DNA from: an uncultured Eubacteriales bacterium
Lineage (GTDB): Bacteria > Bacillota > Clostridia > Oscillospirales > UBA644
Length of the DNA stretch: 64,000 bases
Reading direction: 5' to 3'
Assembly: GCA_959604355.1 (NCBI GenBank)
Contig: CAUHAO010000007.1
Coordinates: 9,778 to 73,777, forward strand
Below the pieces are notes generated by a model. It did not search any database. It was not told where the DNA came from and was given only the letters and a program-made list of their open reading frames with translations. A program made the translations under genes and the position numbers. This document shows positions 1-8,035 of the stretch, one piece after another (within the stretch, counting starts at the first letter, position 1; each line of letters begins with the position of its first letter).

Positions 1-2
1 AA

Positions 3-2738
3 GTCACCGTCACACCTGCAAAAGAATTCTCAGCGGAGCTTTGCAAAAAGCTGCTCGGAATTCTGGAGCCGATAGCAGACAGACCTCACGTCGCGAAAGA
101 TGTGGAAATGCTTAAAATGGGCGTACTGCCGAAACACGACAGATACATTCCTGCCTGCTACGAACGCAAAGCGGGAATCCTTGATTACGCCCCCGATAAC
201 GCGTTATTTTTCATTTTCAATCTGCGCGACATTAAAGAACGCCTCGACGGCTTTATTTTCCGCCTTGAAAGTGATATAAAATCACTCGCGGAAGACGGCT
301 ACACGTTCCTCAAAGACGATTATTATTTTACTTCCGAGCAGATTTTTGCCTCGATAAAGTCCCCCGTGATATTTGAGACCCTTCCCTGCTCGGTCAATGA
401 GTTTCCGCCGCAAAAGATTATAGATATTGCGCTTTACCCCGCAAACGTTTCCACTCCCGCTATGCTCAAAGACAGTGTGCTGGAACTGCTTGAAAGCGGC
501 TATAACGTTACAGTACTTGCGTCGGATGCACGCCACACCGCGGAACTCATACAGGATTACCCGAACACTCTCGGTCTTACGATAACACAGGGCGCTCTTC
601 CCTACGGCTTCAATGCGCCGTCAATACGCACTGCCGTTTTCTCCTTCAAAAACATACGCACCGAAAACGCAAAAAAGCGCCGAGCGCGAAAATACGAACG
701 AGGCGAGCGCATAAAGAGCTTTTCGGACATCCACGAAGGCGACTATGTCGTACATTCCGACTACGGAATCGGTGTCTATGACGGCATACACAAGGTCACA
801 CAAAACAACATAACAAAAGATTTTATAAAAATTAAATATCTCGGCACGGATGTGCTTTATATCCCGTGTGAGCAGCTCGACCGCATCTCTAAATACATTG
901 GCGGAGACACGGAAGTAAAGATCAAGCTCAACAAACTCGGCGGAACGGATTGGACGAAAACGAAACAACGCGTCAAAAAAGCCGTGCGCGACCTCGCGAA
1001 AAACCTTATCGAGCTTTACGGCCAAAGGGCGAAGGTCAAAGGCCATTGTTTCAGCCCCGACACCGAATGGCAGCACAATTTCGAGGCGAGTTTTGAGTTC
1101 GAGGAGACAGAAGACCAACTGAGGTGCATCGACGAGATCAAAGCCGACATGGAATCCTCAAAGCCGATGGATCGTCTGCTTTGCGGCGACGTCGGATTCG
1201 GAAAAACGGAAGTCGCTCTGCGTGCCGTCTTCAAGTGCGTCAATGACTCTATGCAGGCGGCAATTCTCGCACCGACGACGATTCTTGCTTTCCAGCATTA
1301 CAACACCATCCTGCGCCGTTTTGACGGCTATCCCGTAAAAATAGAACTGCTTTCTCGAATGCGCACGCCTAAGCAGCAGGAAGAAATACTGCGAAAACTC
1401 AAACGCGGCGAAATTGACGTGCTCATCGGCACGCACCGTCTGATACAGAAAGATGTCGTATTCAAAAATCTCGGCTTGCTCGTAATCGATGAAGAACAGC
1501 GTTTCGGTGTAGCACACAAGGAAAAGCTGAAAGAAGCGACAAAATCGGTCGATGTGCTCACGCTTTCCGCGACGCCGATACCTCGAACGCTCAATATGTC
1601 TCTGGCGGGAATACGTGATATATCAATACTCAACGAGCCTCCGCATAACCGTTACCCCGTCACGACCTATGTCGCGGAATACGATATAGGTATAATCAGC
1701 GACGCGATAAAACGCGAAGTGGCACGTGGGGGACAGTGCTTCTATCTGCACAACCGCATAGAAACGATATATAAGACCGCGGCTCTGATAAATGAAAAAA
1801 CAGGTGTAAGAGTTGCAGTGGCTCATGGAAAAATGTCGCATGAAGAACTTTCGGGAATATGGGAAAGTCTCGTCGCCGGCGACATTGATGTACTCGTCTG
1901 CACGACGATAATCGAAACCGGTGTCGACGTGCCAAACTGCAACACACTAATTATTGAAGACGCGGACAAACTCGGACTTGCGCAGTTGCACCAGATACGC
2001 GGACGTGTCGGAAGAACCGACAGACGCGCATTTGCGTACTTCATGTTCAAGCGCGGCAAAACGCTTTCCGCAGACGCTTACAAGCGCCTTATGACTATAC
2101 GCGAATATACCGAATTCGGCTCAGGTCTCAAGATCGCGATGCGAGACCTTGAAATACGCGGTGCCGGAGACATTCTCGGCGCAGAACAGAGCGGTCATCT
2201 CGTCACGGTGGGCTTTGATATGTATATGAAGTTGCTCGAAACCGCGGTGTCGGAAGAAAAAGGCGAAGTTCCCACGAACGCGGAGTGTCTCGTGGACGTA
2301 AAAGTCAACGCGTACATTCCCGATTCATTCATAAGAGATTCCGAGACCCGAATCGAAATATACAAAATGATCGCGGGAATATCGACAGACGAAGATTATT
2401 CGGACGTACTCGACGAGATAATCGATCGATTCGGCGATCCCCCGCATGAGATCATCGATTTGATGAAAATCTCGATCCTCCGCACGCGCTCGGCGGCAGC
2501 AGGATTCTCTGAAGTGCGGCAAGTCAACACTAACCTTCTATTCTTCCCCTCAAGCGCACCCGAACTGCGAACTCTTGCACCGCTGAATGCAAAATACGGC
2601 AGGAAAGTGCTTTTCAGCGCGGGAACAAAGCCTTATTTCACGCTCAAGACCGACGGTGACCCTGTCGCTCAGGGCACAGACTTCGCGACGGAATACAGAA
2701 AATTGCTTGATGATATTTCCGCACATGACACACTCTGA
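3..2738 (+). CDS. mfd: Transcription-repair coupling factor Mfd (N-terminus cut by window edge)
   Basis: The frame is open from base 3. CarD-like region EGDYVVHSDYGIGVY. SF2 helicase motifs GDVGFGKTEVA, LVIDEEQRFG, SATPIPRTL and QLHQIRGRVGR. Confidence 0.95.
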   Translation, partial: VTVTPAKEFSAELCKKLLGILEPIADRPHVAKDVEMLKMGVLPKHDRYIPACYERKAGILDYAPDNALFFIFNLRDIKERLDGFIFRLESDIKSLAEDGYTFLKDDYYFTSEQIFASIKSPVIFETLPCSVNEFPPQKIIDIALYPANVSTPAMLKDSVLELLESGYNVTVLASDARHTAELIQDYPNTLGLTITQGALPYGFNAPSIRTAVFSFKNIRTENAKKRRARKYERGERIKSFSDIHEGDYVVHSDYGIGVYDGIHKVTQNNITKDFIKIKYLGTDVLYIPCEQLDRISKYIGGDTEVKIKLNKLGGTDWTKTKQRVKKAVRDLAKNLIELYGQRAKVKGHCFSPDTEWQHNFEASFEFEETEDQLRCIDEIKADMESSKPMDRLLCGDVGFGKTEVALRAVFKCVNDSMQAAILAPTTILAFQHYNTILRRFDGYPVKIELLSRMRTPKQQEEILRKLKRGEIDVLIGTHRLIQKDVVFKNLGLLVIDEEQRFGVAHKEKLKEATKSVDVLTLSATPIPRTLNMSLAGIRDISILNEPPHNRYPVTTYVAEYDIGIISDAIKREVARGGQCFYLHNRIETIYKTAALINEKTGVRVAVAHGKMSHEELSGIWESLVAGDIDVLVCTTIIETGVDVPNCNTLIIEDADKLGLAQLHQIRGRVGRTDRRAFAYFMFKRGKTLSADAYKRLMTIREYTEFGSGLKIAMRDLEIRGAGDILGAEQSGHLVTVGFDMYMKLLETAVSEEKGEVPTNAECLVDVKVNAYIPDSFIRDSETRIEIYKMIAGISTDEDYSDVLDEIIDRFGDPPHEIIDLMKISILRTRSAAAGFSEVRQVNTNLLFFPSSAPELRTLAPLNAKYGRKVLFSAGTKPYFTLKTDGDPVAQGTDFATEYRKLLDDISAHDTL

Positions 2739-2841
2739 TTTCGGCAGATATCGGACAATTTTTGAATATTTTCACGCCATTCATAGACTTTTTCCGCGTC
2801 GCGTGTTATACTTTATACAAATCCACGATAACGAGGTCAAT

Positions 2842-3981
2842 ATGAAAAAAATAAAGACTTTTATATCCTTACTTCTTCCCACGCTGATGCTGCTCGCGCT
2901 TCTCTGTGGTTGTGCCGACACGTCCTATGCCGCGCAGTCCGGAGATAAGAAATATCCGGCTTCCGTATACGCGTACTATGCCTACTCGGTGCGTGACTAT
3001 TACGAGGCGCTGCTCAAAGATTATTACGGCGCGGAAGATTTCGACACGCTCCTCAAAATGGATATAAAAACGGGATATCCACTCTACTCGTATATAATTG
3101 ACGCGACGAAATCGGAATATCTTTCTCACATTATAATTACCGAAAGATTCAACGAACTCGGGCTTGAATTTTCCGATGAGACGAAGGCTGACATAGACAA
3201 CTACATCACCGAAAATTTTGTTGACGTATACGGTGAAGACGGATTTGCCAATATATGCCGTACTCTCGGTCTTACAGGCTCGGAGTTCAAGGATGTAGTC
3301 TCGATGCCGTACAAGAGTGAAATGATACTCGACTATTATTTCGGAGAAAACGGTCCCTATGAAGTCTCTGATGAACAAAAGCGAGAAATATACGAAAGCG
3401 ACTACGCGCGCTTCAAATACATTGTCATCGGGAAAATAGGTTCCGACGGCTCACAGCTTCCGACTGCGGAACTTGTTGAGAAAATGAACAGGGCCGACGA
3501 GGCGCTTGAAAGAGCGAAAAACGGCGAAGAATTCGAATCTCTTATCGCTGAATATTCAGAGGATTATTACAAGATAACGGCTGATTTGTCGGACGAGGAA
3601 AAAGAAACAAAAACCTCAGCAAATGAAGTAATGGTCACCGACGGACTTGTGGTTGATAAGAAAGGAATCGTTGACTACAATTCCTACACATATTACGACT
3701 ACACGCTCGACTCGAATATCATAGACAAACTTTTCGTTCTCCAGAACGGCGATGTGGCTATGGTCGAAATTTCAAATGCGTTCTGGATAATCAAAAAATA
3801 TGACAAATACGAGGACGAAAAATATTATAACAGCAAAGAAAGCCTTATCTATAACAGTATTGCCGAGCCCATAAGCGAAGAACTTATGACAAAATGGACT
3901 GACGATCTGGGGCTCGTGTTTAACATCAAAACAGTCAACAAATACGACCCCAGAGAGATTTCCGCGCTTTTCACAAAATAA
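2842..3981 (+). CDS. PrsA/SurA-like foldase lipoprotein with a divergent parvulin-like domain
   Basis: The ATG at 2842 gives MKKIKTFISLLLPTLMLLALLCGC, a signal peptide with a lipobox Cys. GEEFESLIAEYSED and NAFWIIKKYD resemble the PrsA parvulin segments (FEELAKQYSED, FGYHIIK). The position after mfd is typical for prsA in Firmicutes. The 85 upstream codons of the track ORF overlap mfd and are rejected. Confidence 0.55.
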   Translation: MKKIKTFISLLLPTLMLLALLCGCADTSYAAQSGDKKYPASVYAYYAYSVRDYYEALLKDYYGAEDFDTLLKMDIKTGYPLYSYIIDATKSEYLSHIIITERFNELGLEFSDETKADIDNYITENFVDVYGEDGFANICRTLGLTGSEFKDVVSMPYKSEMILDYYFGENGPYEVSDEQKREIYESDYARFKYIVIGKIGSDGSQLPTAELVEKMNRADEALERAKNGEEFESLIAEYSEDYYKITADLSDEEKETKTSANEVMVTDGLVVDKKGIVDYNSYTYYDYTLDSNIIDKLFVLQNGDVAMVEISNAFWIIKKYDKYEDEKYYNSKESLIYNSIAEPISEELMTKWTDDLGLVFNIKTVNKYDPREISALFTK

Positions 3982-4016
3982 AGCGCGAGCACACAAAAAA
4001 TTAAATATACACGCAA

Positions 4017-4052
4017 AACGACCGCGGATTTAAATCCGCGGTCGTTGTTTTT
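4017..4052. terminator. Bidirectional rho-independent terminator between convergent genes
   Basis: Perfect inverted repeat aacgaccgcgg-atttaaat-ccgcggtcgtt, followed by gttttt. It is flanked by A-rich sequence on the other side. Confidence 0.8.
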
Positions 4053-4069
4053 ATCCTGTTATTTACCTA

Positions 4070-5368
4070 TTATTTACCTGAAATGACTATGTCGGAAACT
4101 TTGACCCAAGGCAGAATAGAGTCGCCGGTGTTGACAAGCTCTTTCGAGGATTCCTTGATATCAAGAAGGAGTTTCGCGAGGTTTCCGCTTATCATCGTTT
4201 CACTGACGGCACACGTTATCTTGCCGTCCTCAACAAGGAAGCTGTTTTTTGCAACACCCGAAAAGTCGCCGCTTCCGCCGGGAGATCCGCCCGAAAACCT
4301 CGAAACGATAAGGCCTTTTTTTACCGATGCTATCATTTCGTCAAGAGTATGCTCCCCTGCTTTCATAACGAGATTACCGCCCGCGCTGGAACTGCGCTTA
4401 TTGCCCGTTTTCTTCGCGCCGTAACGGCCGAGAACGAAGTTTTTGAGCACGCCGTCTTCTATGAGCGGCATGTTCTGCGCGACATATCCGTCACCGGTCA
4501 TGAAATAACCGCCGGGAAGATCCGTGTTTCTGGGCTGGCTCCATATAGAAAAGCTGTCCGCCGCGACTTTTTTGCCGAGGCTGTCTTTGAAAATACTTGT
4601 ACCATCAATGAGCGACCTCTCACTCATAAAGTTGCTGACTACTGACGAGAACATGTCTTCAAAGCACGAAGGCGTGAGAATCACGTCGCCGACAAACTTC
4701 CCGTTTACAGGAACTGTCTCTATCTGCTTTACAGTATCCGAGATGACGTTCTCGATCATGCCAAGTTTCATAAAGGGCTTCGTTATATCGTTAAAAAGTA
4801 CGTATGAGTAGTTCATGGAAGATGTTTTCCCGTCCTGCACCGCCATAAACGAGGGGGAGAAAACATAAAACCCGTTTGTCGAAACAAGGTCTGTACCTTT
4901 CGTGTTTCTGTAAAGCGACGTAACAGCGTCATGCTCTATGGTTATGCTGTCAAAGCTTATCTGCGGGTATTTTTCTTTGCACTCGGCAATGAATTTTTTC
5001 AGCCCGTTGTACATGCCCTCTTTATCGGGGACGAGTACGCCGCGCTCGCTTTTACCCATGTCCGGCACGTCGCATATTCCTTCCGCATCGTCGGGAATAG
5101 AGGACTCAAGTGCCGACATCGCCTGAGCTATACAGCCGTCAATGACCTCATGCTCCGTAGAGTTCGTGGATACAGTGCCTTTTTTATTGTCCTTGATCGC
5201 CTTCATTGATACCGAAGTGTCAAAGTTCGTGCGTATCATGCTGATTTTGCCGGATTCATAATAGATTTCCGTCTTGACCTTATCGGAGATATGGCATTCC
5301 GCCATATCCGCACCTGCTTTGGTGAAGGACTGCAGAATATAATTCGCAAGATTGTGTCTGTCTGTCAT
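4070..5368 (-). CDS. pmbA: TldE/PmbA family metalloprotease subunit
   Basis: 432 aa with a PmbA/TldD-fold sequence and no HExxxH. It sits directly downstream of tldD with a 12-nt gap. GGAGG lies before the ATG. Confidence 0.85.
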   Translation of the reverse strand: MTDRHNLANYILQSFTKAGADMAECHISDKVKTEIYYESGKISMIRTNFDTSVSMKAIKDNKKGTVSTNSTEHEVIDGCIAQAMSALESSIPDDAEGICDVPDMGKSERGVLVPDKEGMYNGLKKFIAECKEKYPQISFDSITIEHDAVTSLYRNTKGTDLVSTNGFYVFSPSFMAVQDGKTSSMNYSYVLFNDITKPFMKLGMIENVISDTVKQIETVPVNGKFVGDVILTPSCFEDMFSSVVSNFMSERSLIDGTSIFKDSLGKKVAADSFSIWSQPRNTDLPGGYFMTGDGYVAQNMPLIEDGVLKNFVLGRYGAKKTGNKRSSSAGGNLVMKAGEHTLDEMIASVKKGLIVSRFSGGSPGGSGDFSGVAKNSFLVEDGKITCAVSETMISGNLAKLLLDIKESSKELVNTGDSILPWVKVSDIVISGK

Positions 5369-5380
5369 TTCCGAACCTCC

Positions 5381-6766
5381 TTATCTGCCGCCGATATTGA
5401 CTTTGCATCTGATAGAGGGACCGCCCATGCTGACGGGGATACTCTGCTTCTTGCCGCACATTCCTGCGCAATTCCAGACCATTTCGTCGGAAAGCATATC
5501 GACGGTCTGAAGCATTTCAAACGCAACCCCGGAGATCGTGGTATCTTTTATCGCTCTGCCGAGCTTGCCGTTCTTTATCTCGTAACCGAAGTTGATGCCA
5601 AACATGAATTCACTCGTCGCATCTGCTTGTCCGTTTCCGGTATTGACAAGATAATAGCCGTCCTCAACGGATGCTATCATATCCTCAAGCTTGGACTTGC
5701 CGGGAAGGATTGCCGTGTTTCTCATTCTTATAAGCGGTTCGTCGGAGAAATTGAACGCTCTTGCGTTGCCCGTGGGCTCAACACCGAAATGCTGTGCGCT
5801 TTCCTTATTGTGCATATAGCCGCGCAGGATACCGTTTTCAATAAGCATCGCGTCTTTTGCCGGCGTGCCCTCATCGTCTACCCATACAGGGACGGGTAGG
5901 GTTTTGCCGTCATAGGTGTTTGCAAAGTCTACCATTGTAACCAATTCGCTTGCAACGCGTTTATTCAGATAAGGTCCTCCGACAGAGCCGGAAAGAACAA
6001 AGTCCGCTTCTACGGTATGCCCTACAGCCTCATGGGCAAGCATTCCCGCAAGTTCGGAGTCGATTATGCAGGTTTTGAGACCCGCGTCTGCGTAAACGCC
6101 TTCCTTTTTGCGGCGTACTTTGGTATATATTTTATCAATTCTCTCATAAAGTTTTGCGGGATCTGTAAACACCTCGTCAAACAGTCCGTAATACGCAAAA
6201 GGCTCGGCTATTTCAACGGGAACGCCATCATCTCCCATGACCGTCATGGAAACAAATATGGTGGATCTCGGAATAAAGCTGTGGCTCACGACGCCGTCGG
6301 ATGTAACGAGAAGTTTTTCCATATCCAGACAGTTCGCGATGACGAAACGGCTCGCAAGATCTTTGTATTTATCCGTGATATAAGCGTCCACCTGTGCCGA
6401 GAAATCCGCAAGGACTTTCTGTGACACGGTGTCATCACGGGAATAATTGAGAGGCTGAGTGAAGGATGCTACGGGAGCAAAAGGCTGTTTGCCGAGTTTT
6501 TCCTTAGAGTCAAGGAATACCGCGTTATCCTCTGCCGCAGCGACGACCGCCGCGATGCTTTCGGGAGAATATTCGGGATTTGCCGCGAATCCGTACGCAC
6601 CGTTCTTATATATTCTCGCATTGACGCCGCCCGTGGTAGATGCTCCGTTTGCGATCATATTTCCGTTGAGCAGAACGACACGTTTTGATGTGTTCTGCTG
6701 CGCTCTGACTTCCGTATAATCACGGAATCCGCCCGCAGCGTAAGCACTTATATAGTCTTTGAGCAT
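5381..6766 (-). CDS. tldD: TldD family zinc metalloprotease
   Basis: 461 aa. HEAVGH zinc motif (LAHEAVGHTVEAD). Paired with pmbA. SD GGAGAG. Confidence 0.9.
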   Translation of the reverse strand: MLKDYISAYAAGGFRDYTEVRAQQNTSKRVVLLNGNMIANGASTTGGVNARIYKNGAYGFAANPEYSPESIAAVVAAAEDNAVFLDSKEKLGKQPFAPVASFTQPLNYSRDDTVSQKVLADFSAQVDAYITDKYKDLASRFVIANCLDMEKLLVTSDGVVSHSFIPRSTIFVSMTVMGDDGVPVEIAEPFAYYGLFDEVFTDPAKLYERIDKIYTKVRRKKEGVYADAGLKTCIIDSELAGMLAHEAVGHTVEADFVLSGSVGGPYLNKRVASELVTMVDFANTYDGKTLPVPVWVDDEGTPAKDAMLIENGILRGYMHNKESAQHFGVEPTGNARAFNFSDEPLIRMRNTAILPGKSKLEDMIASVEDGYYLVNTGNGQADATSEFMFGINFGYEIKNGKLGRAIKDTTISGVAFEMLQTVDMLSDEMVWNCAGMCGKKQSIPVSMGGPSIRCKVNIGGR

Positions 6767-6934
6767 AAAATCTCTCCTTTTTGTAAGAAATATACTATTT
6801 TAAGTATATCACATTTTAACAAAAACTGCAAGTATTTACGAAAAAATTTACTAAAACTGCCGCATATACAGTCTTCATTATTCCGAAGAAATACCGACGT
6901 TAAAAGAGTTGCCCTAAATGTCACAAAAAAAGAC

Positions 6935-6963
6935 TTGCGCATTATTTTTTTATATGATAGAAT
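6935..6963 (+). promoter_or_regulatory. Putative sigma-A promoter of galE
   Basis: TTGCGC, 17 nt, then TGaTAGAAT (extended -10), about 50 nt upstream of the galE ATG. Confidence 0.5.
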
Positions 6964-7014
6964 AATAGGTAATAATCCCCTGCAAATAAATGAGTTCAGG
7001 AAGAAGGAAGTACC

Positions 7015-8034
7015 ATGACTGTATTGCTTACCGGCGGCGCGGGATATATCGGTTCTCACACCGCTGTGGAATTTCTTGAAAAAGGCTACGATGTCGTCAT
7101 TGCCGACAACTTTGTAAACAGCAGTCCCGAATCCGTAAAACGCGTTGAAAAGATCACGGGAAAGAAAGTCAAACTCTATGAATGTGACGTTGCGGATAAA
7201 TCCGCGCTCGAAAGAGTATTTGATGAAAACGAAATCGACGGCGTCGTACATTTCGCCGGGCTGAAAGCCGTCGGCGAATCCGTACGAGAACCGCTTATGT
7301 ATTACAGAAATAATCTCGACTCCACCCTTACCCTTCTCGAAACGATGAAGAAGTACGGCGTTCATAATTTTATTTTCAGCTCTTCGGCAACGGTCTACGG
7401 CACTCCCGAAAAGGTTCCCGTTGCGGAGACCGCGCCCACAGGCAACTGTACTAATCCATACGGCTGGACGAAATACATGATTGAGCAGATTGTCAAAGGA
7501 ACAGCTGTTGCAGATAAAGAATTTTCCGCGGTACTGTTGCGCTACTTTAATCCCGTCGGCGCACATAAAAGCGGACTTATAGGCGAAATGCCAAACGGTA
7601 TCCCTAACAACCTCATGCCGTTCATCACCCAAGTCGCGACAAAAAAACTCGACCACCTCAATGTTTTCGGCAACGATTACCCCACTCCCGACGGCACGGG
7701 TGTGCGCGACTATATCCATGTAGTTGACCTGGCAAAAGGCCACGTCTGCGCCATAGACTACTGCGTCAAGCACAAGGGCGTCGAAGTATTCAACCTCGGC
7801 ACGGGAATCGGTTACAGCGTTCTCGATATTGTCAACTCCTTCATGAAAGTCAATAATATCGACATTCCCTACGTCATCGCACCCCGCCGTGACGGTGACA
7901 TTGCAGAAACATACGCAGACCCCTCCAAAGCAGGCAGAGAACTCGGCTGGAAAGCGGAGCTTGATCTCAACGATATGTGTGCAGACTCCTGGAACTGGCA
8001 GAAAAAAAATCCTAACGGATACGAGGATAAATGA
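7015..8034 (+). CDS. galE: UDP-glucose 4-epimerase
   Basis: N-terminal GGAGYIGSH Rossmann motif, a YxxxK catalytic motif (PYGWTKYMIE), and the typical GalE length of 339 aa. Confidence 0.95.
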   Translation: MTVLLTGGAGYIGSHTAVEFLEKGYDVVIADNFVNSSPESVKRVEKITGKKVKLYECDVADKSALERVFDENEIDGVVHFAGLKAVGESVREPLMYYRNNLDSTLTLLETMKKYGVHNFIFSSSATVYGTPEKVPVAETAPTGNCTNPYGWTKYMIEQIVKGTAVADKEFSAVLLRYFNPVGAHKSGLIGEMPNGIPNNLMPFITQVATKKLDHLNVFGNDYPTPDGTGVRDYIHVVDLAKGHVCAIDYCVKHKGVEVFNLGTGIGYSVLDIVNSFMKVNNIDIPYVIAPRRDGDIAETYADPSKAGRELGWKAELDLNDMCADSWNWQKKNPNGYEDK

Positions 8035-8035
8035 C

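Noticed and set aside
2587-2841. Upstream extensions of track ORFs: 2587-2841, 7889-8035, 40431-40745, 42534-42596, 25806-25832, 27322-27372 and 44817-44867
   Set aside because: The extensions overlap upstream genes or promoters. They lack an SD and precede obvious native N-termini (signal peptides or conserved family starts) that do have good SDs.
4070-6766. TldD/PmbA pair as a RiPP (microcin B17-like) maturation module
   Set aside because: No small precursor ORF, cyclodehydratase, transporter or immunity gene is adjacent. The only small ORF in the 6767-7014 gap (15 aa, MSQKKTCALFFYMIE) lacks an SD. The pair is most likely the housekeeping protease.
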